Below, piece by piece: positions 52,894 to 64,000 of a stretch of DNA of 64,000 nt. Origin of the DNA: Paraspadella gotoi (Eukaryota; Animalia; Chaetognatha). The notes under the pieces are model-generated. The model had not been told where the DNA came from. It did not search any database and was given only the letters and a program-made list of their open reading frames with translations. A program made the position numbers and the translations under genes. The DNA lies in assembly GCA_051294375.1 (NCBI GenBank), contig CM119268.1, positions 19,913,971-19,977,970 of the forward strand, read 5' to 3'. The first letter of the stretch is position 1. Every line of letters starts with the position of its first letter.

Positions 52894-54071
52894 GGTCGGC
52901 CATCTCGGTTAGTTCCATGGCATTTGAAGGCGTTGGTGCCGAAATTGTAGTGGTAGAAGCACTTAGCTTCGCCCATGGGCGGTTCGCGATGTGGCGGGGA
53001 GCGAGGGGTCAAGATTGGGCGGCGTTGTTGCTGTGTGCGCTGCTGCGGTTGCCGCTGCTGCGAAAAGGGGCGCTGCGTTGAGCGCGGCGGCGGTCGGCGG
53101 ACTGCGTTCGCGTAAGAGATGGCGGGATCATCGACGTCGCTTGATGATTCGTTTGGGGACTCCAGTGGCTCGTCCACCGTGACCTCGATGGAGGTGATGG
53201 CGTTCACCGAGGTTGAGGTGCGATCGGAGCTGCGAAGTTGGCCGGAAGGGAGGAAGAACTCGTCGGCGTCTTTGGCGATGTCGACGGGCTTCTTGTCCTT
53301 CCTGACGGCGTGCTCTCTCACGCTCTGAGGAAGGGCGGCAGCTAAGATGGCGGCCTTGATGTGGTCGATGGTGAGGCCTTCAAGTACGGCGTCGATCGCA
53401 GAAAGGTGTTGAGAGGGGGTGACGCCTTTCAACGACGTCATCTTCAACGCCTTTGCGGCGCGCCGGTTGGCGTCTTCACCATAGATGTTTTTCAGGTGGG
53501 CAACGAGGTTGTTGTGGGCGTCGGGACCTTCGTCGATGCGCAGAGCATGTGGTATCAGGCGGTGTCTGGCGATGGGAATGGCGCTGAGGATTTGCGCCTT
53601 CTTCTCCGCCGGATTGGTGACGCCGGTGGCGCCGAATTCCACTGCTGTGTGGTCTAACCACTCCTCGATGTGGTCGGGGTCGAAGGTCGTCAGTTTTGGG
53701 TTTCTTCTTCTTGCCGGGGCCTCAGAGGGAGGGCGAGGGCGGACGGCGTCTTCTGCGGGGCCGGCGTCGCCGGCGCCATTGTCTTCCACTGGAGAAGGCA
53801 ATTCTGTTGAGGCGGTGCTTGCGTCCGCTGAAGGAGGGTTTGGTCTTTCCGTGGACGCGGCGAGTCTTGAGTTGATGTCAAAAATCATTTCAAAAAGTTT
53901 TTCAATTTTGCTTTCGAGACTTGGGGAAGAGGAAGAGGCGGTGGCGTCGTGGAACGCCTCGTCGTGGCCGGCGCCGTCGGAGTGGGAGGCGTTGCGAGTT
54001 GTAACTGGCATTGTCTCTTCTTCTTCGTCAGCGGGCGTTGGGGGGCGTAAAATGCTTGGACGTCGTGACAT
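52851..54071 (-). CDS. gag: Gypsy A gag
   Basis: 406-aa ORF, KLTTFDPDHIEEW capsid motif, CFYHYNFGTNAFKC..C knuckle; homologous to copy 2 gag. Confidence 0.92.
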   Translation of the reverse strand: MSRRPSILRPPTPADEEEETMPVTTRNASHSDGAGHDEAFHDATASSSSPSLESKIEKLFEMIFDINSRLAASTERPNPPSADASTASTELPSPVEDNGAGDAGPAEDAVRPRPPSEAPARRRNPKLTTFDPDHIEEWLDHTAVEFGATGVTNPAEKKAQILSAIPIARHRLIPHALRIDEGPDAHNNLVAHLKNIYGEDANRRAAKALKMTSLKGVTPSQHLSAIDAVLEGLTIDHIKAAILAAALPQSVREHAVRKDKKPVDIAKDADEFFLPSGQLRSSDRTSTSVNAITSIEVTVDEPLESPNESSSDVDDPAISYANAVRRPPPRSTQRPFSQQRQPQQRTQQQRRPILTPRSPPHREPPMGEAKCFYHYNFGTNAFKCHGTNRDGRPCPMAPSNANAGGR

Positions 54072-54641
54072 GGAAGGGAAAAGTTAGTTTCAAAATTTGT
54101 ATTTTTTTTTTGTTTTGTTTTTTCGTTTGCTTTTTTTTTTGTTTTGTTTTATTTTGTTCACAGGGCTCACCACGTGTGGACGCAACAAGTTTCAGNNNNN
54201 NNNNNNNNNNNNNNNNNNNNNNNNNNNNNNNNNNNNNNNNNNNNNNNNNNNNNNNNNNNNNNNNNNNNNNNNNNNNNNNNNNNNNNNNNNNNNNNTTTAT
54301 ATTTCTCTATTACAAAATAAAAATTTACATCCGAGATTTTCATGGATTCATTTTAGAAAAAAATGCAGCAATGTCACTGTACATCAGCTTGCTGCATGTA
54401 CATATAGCTGCTATATGGGTACCGGCAATTTACGCGGGATTTTATTAATTGCATATATAAACTTTCTAACAAAAAAAAAAAATTTTTTTTTTGTTTATTT
54501 ACTGTAACTTTTGGACCAGTCGGCCCACTATGAGCAAATTAATTCTTAAAATAGGAGTGAGAAGAGAGATATTGTCAAATTAAACATTACTTTTTTGTTT
54601 ATTCTAACAATTTTTTTTTTTTAAATTTTTAAAATGTTAAA

Positions 54642-55250
54642 ATTTTTAGTCGGGATTCTTGCCTTATCAGCAGATCCCGACTCTTTATAAACTCACTTTT
54701 TTATAACTCACTTTTTCGGTCCGTCGTCCGCCCCCTCAATATTGTCGGGCCAACACACTTATTATCATGTCAGAACATCGAATTATGATAAAATTATTGC
54801 TAAAAAAAATGATGTCCGTCCGTCCGTCTGTCCGTCCGTCCGCCGTCCGTCCGTCCGTCCCCACCTTTTAGCAAAAAACACAATTACTTCGTGATTTGGA
54901 TGGATGATTTAATGAAATTTTTGATGATATTGATGGACTAGAGATAAAGTGTGTGAAATTGAGCTGCGATTAACTTAAGTATCTTCACTAGGAATCGTTC
55001 CGAGTGGAAATCGGGTTAAATCGGATAAAAAAACAAAAAGAAAATAAATGATTCTAACTTATTTGAACACCAATTTGCTTCAGACGTGGATGGGCAGATA
55101 TGACCATGGAGATACGTACTGTGGAAGTAGGAAGTACGCTGTGTGACTTCGATCATCGCAGGAAATCAAGTTGGATGGAATAGTTTAGTAGTTAAATGAG
55201 GTCTGTGTAAGAAATGCGAACAAGAACAAAAAACCTCAGTTATATCTAAT
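54642..55250 (+). mobile_element. HINE/DINE-1-like element (noisy sequence)
   Basis: ttttagtcggga..cagcagatcccgac 5' end, (GTCC)n and degenerate internal units. Confidence 0.65.
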
Positions 55251-58200
55251 CCTGAGTAAACGGTTTATGCTTTCTATTTTCCTTTTATATGAATGTATAC
55301 TCTGCAGGATTGTTATTAATAAATTCAAATAATTAATCATATGATTAGATCAATTAGTAACGATTATATAGTGTAATCAATAATAGTTAATATAAGTTCA
55401 AATCAATCAACGTACCATTCCGAATCCCATCTTAGAAAAGCTCCAATAACTCGAATGATTGAGCTAGGTTGGGAATTGGGAATAAATGTGTGGGTTACGG
55501 AAAGTGTGTGATAAAGCTGGATATAAAATTCGTGGAATCGTGTGAGTGGAAAATTTTTAGTTGCATTAGGAAGATGTAAAAAAGAATGTATAGCATTCAT
55601 GAAGCGTACTCGAATAGTCAATTCCATCCGTAACATATAACAAAATTGCGTGGTTTTATACGTGATAGTTGTATAATAAACAAATAATGTAACGATCAGA
55701 TTGAAGAAGTCATAATGGTGGAGAGAGGAAGGTGATTAGAGATAGAAGAATGAGTAGAGGATTGGAAAATTTTGTTAGTGTGGGTAGGAAAAACGTATGA
55801 CGAAAGCTTGAGTATAAAGTTTCAGTGGTAAGCGTTAACTCCATGGGAAAATGAGTTTAAATGAGAAAAAAATATGAGAGTTCACAGATTTGAAGAAGGC
55901 TGCGTGGAATCCTTTTTAGATATATTTGAGAACCCATGATAGATTCGAGTAGGGGAGATTGGTTTAAAAAATTTTGTTCGCTACGAATTAGTAATTCTAA
56001 TTAAAATTCTATAAAGGAAGATAGGGAGTGAAGAAGCTAGATATAAAGTTGACAGGGGAATGAAGACTCAAAGTATGAAAAAACTGATGCAAATGTGTTT
56101 GAATTAACTAATTGAAAATGATGCAACAGGTTAAAACATTAATTACTTGTGTAATTAAAAGAGAATTATAAAGTGAAATTACCGATTTTTCGCTTATCAT
56201 GTCATTTATAAACAAGGCGAGAGAGTTGAAAGGCAGACATATATACAGTACTAAACCCAATTAAGATGATAAGAAGAATTTAAAGAAAGACTCGGTTTTT
56301 CCAGATTTGATTATGCAGATTTCGGATTTGTCATAAAAAAGTTGATAGTGAAAGAATTGGAAGATAGGTAAGGACTCTTTTTGAAAAAATTCCTTCATTA
56401 AGTGGGTCAAAAAATTAGAAAAAAGCTATATTGATTTTTAGCACTTTGAAGAGATGTAGAAAAGCTTGAGATTTGGAGATATACTATAAGATAAAGAGAG
56501 TGTAGTGAGAGAGATTATTTTTTAGAGAGGATGTAAGTTTAGTCCACGACAAAATAAAACAATCTTAACAAGACTCAAGATCGAGCCAGAGCCCCACTAC
56601 ATAGAAAATTAATGAAAAAAACCCACCCCTCCTAATGAGGAGAAAAATATTTCTGAATGAATATCATGCAGATTAAGAATATTTTATGTTAGATTGTTAT
56701 CTTATGTAATTTGATTGATTTTTTGATTACAAATACTAATTGATGATGCTAATAGTAAATTTGTGTTATTGAAGGAGGAATTCCCATGTAAATGCTATGG
56801 CCAAAATTGACTTAATTGTTACGAATTTAAGGATAAATACGGACCCTTTATTATTTGATCTATGGGAATAGTCATTCACAATAGTCTGCTGGATTAGTTC
56901 TATTACTCAAGTGGGAATAAGGCGTAATTCTGATATGTCATATTCATAATGAATATATTCCCGACATGGCCCTTGGAATCAATTCAAATATGTGATTGAC
57001 AGAAATTAATAGTCAATAAAACATTTAACATAATTGCTTTAGCAGTGAAATAATAGAGAATTGTGATGAGCAACTGGATGAGGATATGATGTGATGTTCA
57101 TAATTACTTTTAGAGAGAGAAATGTTATTTGTTTAGTTAGATTGATGCATTATAAGGAATAAGAGAACGTTTATCACCAACGCCTTAGCTAGGAGGAGAC
57201 AGTGTATAAGATCGCCAGAGAGAGGAGACCAGAACCGAGAAAGAAAGGAGAACCGAATAAATCCACTCGAGAAATCTCGGAATGATCCAAGTAATAGGGA
57301 TTTTGTATTGAAAAAAAAAGTTCGCGTATATTTTTAAAGAGAGAGGATGAAAGGCATAATAGAAAGATTTTCTTTAGGAAGGAAAAAAATAATTCAAGAA
57401 GCTTTTTCAAAAAACAAACGATACACGCAAATAAAAAGGTGCGGTACCAGCATGGAGCCAGGGATCTTAGTCTGGGATACAGACATCAACACACGCGAGC
57501 ACAGATTAGAAACAGTGACGAAGATGTAGAGAAGAAAATAGAGGAGGCAGAGGTAGAGCATACAGACGCTGCATGAAGAAACAGAGAAAGAGATTAATTG
57601 ATGACGAGATGCGATAGATAATAAATAACTCTCAAAAGTGAAAGAATTGGAGATGCGCGGAGAAGCTATCTACTAAGGCCCACTATTAACTTCAGTTAGC
57701 TATCGAGACAGTTACTTATGAGTGCGTCCGCAATCAACATGTTTGCATGCGCTGATGATAGTCAGTATTCTCATCTTCGCCATAGAGGTGACCCGGGATG
57801 TATCAGCGTCCACTTGTTCCGCTCTCTCATTGGACATCGTTGAAAGCCCATTTTTGGAATCGGATCCGTATGTGGGATAAGCCTCACATTGTATCTAAAA
57901 CAAATTATTTTGTAAAAAAAAAAGAGACAGATTGAGAGGGAAAGAGCCGGAGAGAAGAAGAAGAGATGAGAGAAAGAAGCATCTGGATCCAATGACGCTG
58001 CTCTTAGAGACCTAAACTCGTTTTATCAAGACGAGTAGTTGAGCTGAAACAGTAGAGACGGAGAGAAAGAGAAGGAAGAGGAGAGAGAAGGAGGGAGAGA
58101 GCAGGGAACAAGAGTAGATAGTAGAGGATTATAATGGTCACGTGTTTTTCATCTGTTTTCTGTTTATAATAATTAAAGAAATCATAATACAAAACAATTA

Positions 58201-59246
58201 TTTATACGCGAAATAATTGATATGAAAACAATGAGGATATCTGTTAAAACGGATCTATGACACGAGATGGTATATAGAATATCTATGATATGATATGTAA
58301 ATTGTACGAAAACAGCTGCCGTGAAATAGAATATACTAGCCTCTCTCGGGCAGTATTAGAGAGAAACAACAGGTGATTGCGAGAAAGAGAAAGAGAAGCG
58401 AGAGCCGAAAGCAGAGGTAAAACGCAGGAAGAAAAGAAAAAGTCTAACAAGGACGCAGTAGTTGCACCGCTGGGACTCGGATATAGAGGGATGAGAATGA
58501 GATGTAATGGTTTGTTTTGATGAGAAAGAGTGTAAACGGAACACATTTAATAACTGTCCTGACTCAATTTTTAAGGACAATCGATGATGAAAACAGAGCT
58601 GAATATAAATTATATTATAGAAGTCAGTAATTAGATTAATGAGCATGCTAACCTTCTTGACTAGTAATTAATTGGATTCATAGAAACTTTTCAGTGTATA
58701 ATTTCTAATGTAATCCGTTTTAATTAATAATTATCTGGACGGTAGAGGCGGATGACCCTCTTGAATCTATATCTATTGTTTTTTGTTCATCTAATCCATT
58801 AGATAAATAAGGTTTTATGTGCCTCATCATAAAAATGTTTTTAAAGTTCCGATATTGGTAAATACCTTTTTATTTGAAAATTGTATTTCTTATATTTTAT
58901 TTATTATAAGGTGAGTATGGGGAAAATCAAATATTCTATAAGAATTACGCTGGTGAGTATAGGTGTCACAATATGTTAAATTTTGCACCTCGCAAGGTTC
59001 TGGTTTTTACTTTCTTTTTATGCAAATATAAATATAAAACGAAAACTATAGAAATCTGTAATATCCCACAAAATAAAATATTTATACAAATAATATAATA
59101 TAGATTAAAACTTTTAAAGGATGAGGACATAAAATTTTTTTTTGATAAGTAAAAAAAAATATTAGAAGGAAAGATCGTCCCTACTCAGATACGTCGAAAA
59201 ACGAGTTCAGCTCTGCAGGGCGGTCCAGCTTCTTCTCTATCTTTCT

Positions 59247-59313
<67 letters not shown>

Positions 59314-59455
59314 CTTTCTATTTATTCCGCCATTTATTCCGCGCTTTTTTCTCAATACAAAATCCCAAATTTACATCCGAGATTTTCGTGAATTTTTTTC
59401 TAAAATTTGATTATTCTTTATATAAACGAGAGTGAAAACTGACCAGCCTCTCTCA

Positions 59456-59502
<47 letters not shown>

Positions 59503-60437
59503 TTTCATTCATACACGCATTTGTTTGTTTTATTTACGATGAATGACTCATCGCGTCAATGAATGACTATCATCGCATCAATGAATGATTATCATCATAT
59601 CAATGAATGATTATCATCACATCAATGAATGACTATCATCGCATCAATCATTTTGATTATCATCACATCAGTTATTATTATCATCGCATCAATTATTGGT
59701 TATCATCGCATAATATTTAGTTATCATCGCATTAATATTTTGGTTACCATCGAAAGCTGGCTCGATCCCTATTGCTTTTAAGATTTTTCCCTAAAAATTC
59801 TGGATTGCGTTCGTTGGCGGGGAAAACTGTCCAGTAAGGCGTAGTGAAAGTTACATACGAAAATTCCAAAAGTTAATTATGAACAACATACCATCAGTGA
59901 ACATTAATTTGTAAAAAAAAATAATTTTCATGTTTTTTTAATTTTCGCAGTAGGCTATATTTATATATAGTACTATCCTTATTAAATCGAAAAATTTCAA
60001 AATAGGCTTTTCTTAATTTTGATTGCCAGATTTGAATGATCCTCGTCAAAAGTGTGATAAAAGAAAATATAAATCATTTTTAAAAATTCTTTCATTAGGG
60101 GGGGGTAAAAATTAAAAAAACTATATTTAATATATAAAAAGTTAATTTTCAGCTTAAAATATAGCTTTTTCTAATTTTTGACCCACTTAATGAAGGAATT
60201 TTTCAAAAAGAGTTATATTTCTTTATATCAACTTTTTATGACAAATCCAAATCTGCAAAAAAATCTTGGAAAAAACCGTTTTAAANNNNNNNNNNAAGAT
60301 TTTTTTTATATCGGTTGTTTCGTCCTCACGGCGGTTGTCTAAAGTTAGATACATACTAATTCTTTATTTTTGTTTTGTTTTTATTTTTGATATAAACAAA
60401 CGCGACAAAATCGACGGCTCGTCCACACCCCTAATAG

Positions 60438-60611
60438 GCCTACTATCCGAAAACGGCCTCTGCAGACATCCTGGCGTCGGAGTCGGCTGACCTCACCTGT
60501 TTCGAGTTCCTCTCGACGATCAACTTGGATCTTCAGCCAATCACAACGAAGATGGAGAGGGCGTTCCCTCTCGCTTTCACGATACTCGTTCACCAAGAAG
60601 ATCCCGAGCAG
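60438..60611 (+). CDS. Exon of a core-2/I-branching beta-1,6-GlcNAc transferase-like (GT14/GCNT) gene
   Basis: tag|AYYPKTASADILASESADLTCFEFLSTINLDLQPITTKMERAFPLAFTILVHQEDPEQ|gtcagg resembles the GCNT start-of-domain motif C..F......P....E..FP(I/L)A(Y/F).I.VH. Confidence 0.75.
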
Positions 60612-61001
60612 GTCAGGCGGATTAATGTCGGTAAAAGGAAACGTGTAGTATTTGATTACTTTACGAAAAAAGCGGAAAGAAACTGGATCTTTGATTTTTT
60701 ACGCGTACATAATAACGGTAAAGGAATTTTATTGTTGACATACAAAATTTTTAAAAAGGGACCTGTTTTGACTTTATTTGGAAAAATGAGAGAGGGAAAT
60801 AAAGAGAGTGAGAGAGATATTGAGAGTGAGAGACACAGACGCGCACCCACAAAAATAAAAAAGTTGCCAACAATGAATAGGAAAAGAAAATTTTTTTCCA
60901 CTTTGTAATATGCGCTAATTTTAAAAAATATTATATTATTAAAAATCATTATTTGTAAACAATACAATTAATTTTTTGCTCTACTCTCGAAGGAAATGAT
61001 A

Positions 61002-62250
61002 TTTTTAGTCGCATCTGCTTATCAGCAGATCCCGACTCTATAATTCACTTTGTCGGTCCGTCGGTCCGCCCCCTCAATATTGTTGGGCACTAACTTACAT
61101 CATGTCAGAACATCGAATTATGATAAATTATGCAAAAAAAATCATGTCCATCTGTCTGTCCGTCCGTCCATCCGTCCATCCGTCCCACCTTAGCAAAAAA
61201 TACCAATTACTCCTGAGTCCTGATTGGATGGATGGATTTTAATGAAATTTTGTGTGTGGGTAGGGAAGTGTGTGATTGAGCTGGATATAAAGTTTCGATG
61301 GAATCGTCCAAGTTGAAATGAGTTTAAATGGAAAAAACAAAAAAAATATAATTCACTATTTGAACACCAATTGAGTGGATGGGGCGATTGACCTGGAATT
61401 TTGTAAGTGAGTAGGGAAGTGTGTGATTGAACAGGAAACCAAGTTTCGATGGAATCGTTTGAGTGGAAATTAGTTTAAATGGAAAAAAACAAAAAACCTG
61501 TTTCACTAATTGATTATGATTTTTTTTCCTTTTATATTTAATGTAGATGCAGGATGTATTAATAAATCAAATAATTAATCAGTTAATCAATTAGTCAATT
61601 AATTAATCACTAATTAATTAATCAGTCAATCAATCCGTCCATCCGTCCCACCTTAGCAAAAAGCCCCAATAACTTGTGATTGGCTGGTTAAATCGGAATG
61701 AAATTTTTTGTATGGGTAGGAACATGTGTGATGAAGCTGGATATAAAGTTTCGACGGAATCGTGTGAGTGGATATGACTTTAAATGGAAAAAACATAAGT
61801 CGCATTACTGAAATTTTTTTACTTATTTTAACCAATAAATACTCTGATTAATCATAATTGGATGGATAGATTGAGTTCAAATTTTGTGTGTGGGTAGGAA
61901 AATGTGTGATGAAGCTTGATAAAAAGTTTCGGGACGAGAGGAAATGAGTTTAAATGAAAAAAATATGAGTCACATTTACTTGACTCTTTTTACTTATTTT
62001 AACCCATAATAGATTGAGATAAAATTTTGTGAGCGGGAAGGAAAGTCTGTGAAGAAGCGAGATATAAAGTTTTGACGGAATTGTGCCAATGGAAATTAGT
62101 TTAACTGGAAAAAATATAAGTCACATTTACTTTAAGGACATCAATGATGTTAAGCTGTATATAAATTTATAATTAATTATTAATTATTAAAATTAATTAA
62201 TTAATTAATTAATTTTCGTAGGCAGATCCGACATTTTTTGCTCAAACTTT
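61002..62250 (+). mobile_element. Complete HINE/DINE-1-like element with an internal ~140-bp tandem array
   Basis: 5' subTIR hairpin, (GTCC)n, several units of aaattttgtgtgtgggtaggaaagtgtgtgattgagc..., 3' subTIR GCAGATCCGAC at 62222-62232. Confidence 0.75.
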
Positions 62251-62525
62251 TTTTAAAACAAAAGGTGTTTCGACTCATTCGCGCGTTGCATCGACCTCAA
62301 AATGTTATATGTCTTCACCTTGATGCCAAACTCAATAATACGGTAATTTCCAGTAATTATTTTAGATATTTCTTTAAAGACAATTTTGCACTTTCTTTTC
62401 GTTTGAGCTAGAGATTCCTTAACCGCTAAAAATTAACCGTTAATATAACGGTTAAAATGTATTTTAACTTAACCGTGAAGAGATGTGATTATAGTTATGT
62501 GTTAGTGACAGAACCGTTCAATATA

Positions 62526-62601
62526 AGCAGTCCCTGAGCTTCGGATCAGGCTGTAACATCGTGTTACAGGCGGGTTAATCGCCCCGTCCCTCTTAACTGC
62601 T
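62526..62601 (-). ncRNA. Twister ribozyme candidate, copy 2
   Basis: AGCAGT/ACTGCT P5, GA-CGGG/TCCG T1, TAA, GC/GC T2, P3 CTGTAACA-cga-TGTTACAG, P4 CCTGA/TCAGG. Confidence 0.68.
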
Positions 62602-62947
62602 AGGTGGCCACCGGGCTAGAACCCCGGACCTTTGGGTTGGGAGGCGAATGACTTGCCTCTGGCTTCAATGGCCACTGATGAACGGTTGGTGGATTTTAGT
62701 CTACCATACATCCCCCTTTCCTGTAGGGAGAAGTCTGTTGCGTCTCTTCAGTGAATTGTTGTTGTTGGTGGAAAGTGCATCACCAAGTTGAGGCATGTCG
62801 CCTGATGTATTGTGGGCGGAAAGTGCATCGCCAGGTTGAGGCATGTCGCCTGAAAGTGTTGTTGTTGCTGTTGTGTTCGGAAGTCAGGCTCACCAATGAA
62901 GAGACAGTGATTATAGTTATGTGTTAGTGACAGAACCGTTCAATATA

Positions 62948-63023
62948 AGCAGTCCCTGAGCTTTGGATCAGGCTGTAACATTGTATTACAGGCGGGTTAA
63001 GCGCCCCGTTCATCTTAACTGCT
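62948..63023 (-). ncRNA. Twister ribozyme candidate, copy 3 (probably inactive)
   Basis: Same fold, but the conserved GA reads AA and the T1 loop reads TCCA. Confidence 0.5.
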
Positions 63024-64000
63024 TGGTGGCCACCGGGCTAGAACCCCGGACCTTTGGGTTGGGAGGCGAATGACTTACCTCCGGCTCCAATGGCCACTGA
63101 TGAACGGTTGGTGGATTTTAGTCCACCGTAACCGTTAATTTTTTTATTAACGGTTAAATTTGGTTAAATTTTATTTTTTCTAATTTAGATATTTTGTAAG
63201 GGGTGAACTTAGGTAATATTTTGCCTGATTAACTGAGCAAAGTGTTACTGAAATTTCCTAGGTAAAGAAATGATTTTTCTTAATTAATATAGGCTATTTC
63301 TGAATCAAAATATTTTGCTTATATTTATTTTTAAAGATAAATAAAACAATATATTTTCTTTTATTGTTTTAATTCCGTTATCAACTATATTTTCAATTTG
63401 TTATTACTATATTTTAAGCCTAAAAATACTTTTCCCAGATGGCATGAAATATGAGTATCAGCATTAAGTACCTAAACTACTTGGCTACTACCAGACCCAG
63501 AACCAATAAAATTATTAAAGAAGATTAATTCATTGATAAATAAAAAAATTAACAGATAATAAAGAAATTAGTAATAAAAATAAGGATGCATACATTTAAA
63601 GATATTTGCAATGTAACATATTCAGTTGTATCCTGATATGATTGACAGGATTAAAATCTCGATCAAAGATGATGTAAAAATGTACACAAGACTCAAGTCG
63701 CCCAAAACTGTTTTGTATCTTATTTAGAATGTCAAAGCTCAATAGAATTCTTTGCAGAATATGATTCAATACCTCCCTAGCTGATTATATTAAAAAATTC
63801 GAGCTCGATATGGAAAGTAAATATCCTATGGATATGATTTTCAAATAAAAAAATCTAAAAAAATTCTCCTATTTTTTCATCATTAACAAAGATTTTAACT
63901 CAAAGTAAAAAATGACAATCTTGAACATACTGAAAAATGTTTATCTTAATTAAAATCAATTATATAATAGACTCCAACCCCTGTCACCAAACACCAAATA

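Larger units (their letters stand above)
49477..54195 (-). mobile_element. Ty3/Gypsy family A copy 3 with intact gag and pol
   Basis: PBS and LTR end at ~54163-54195; LTRs otherwise in gaps; both ORFs open. Confidence 0.97.
62477..63128 (-). mobile_element. Tandem ~1.5-mer of the 422-bp tRNA-head/twister unit with candidate 7-bp TSD
   Basis: Period 422 bp (gaaccgttca at 62511 and 62933); TAACCGT at 62470-62476 and 63129-63135; tRNA-like modules at 62604-62675 and 63026-63097. Confidence 0.8.

Noticed and set aside
49547-54087. Many antisense or overlapping ORFs over the Gypsy elements
   Set aside because: Expected shadow ORFs of GC-rich coding DNA; boundaries are not consistent with independent genes
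62676-62710. CTGATGA followed by a hairpin (also at 63097) as a hammerhead on the opposite strand of the twister unit
   Set aside because: No GAAA and no stem III/NUH after the hairpin

Overview
AT-rich eukaryotic (probably invertebrate animal) draft-assembly window. It has many N gaps, two artefact-like tandem duplications (3320-6939 ~ 6965-10660; 10795-15016 ~ 15029-19186) and noisy, long-read-like patches (~41300-49300, ~54600-59200). Mobile DNA dominates: three copies of a GC-rich Ty3/Gypsy family (minus), one copy of a second Gypsy family (plus), two subfamilies of Penelope-like elements (PLEs) with inverted hammerhead-bearing pLTRs, Helentron-derived HINE/DINE-1-like elements and an L1/Tx1-like 3' fragment. 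Five plus-strand exons (20683-60611) can be chained into a probable core-2/I-branching (GT14/GCNT) glycosyltransferase gene whose introns hold most of these elements. The most notable signal is a ~422-bp repeat unit at 611-930 (+) and as a TSD-flanked ~1.5-mer at 62477-63128 (-). It fuses a 72-nt tRNA-like Pol III module to a circularly permuted (P5-type) twister ribozyme candidate with a palindromic remnant in place of P1, i.e. a candidate twister retrozyme/SINE. All structures were folded by eye and no searches were run.
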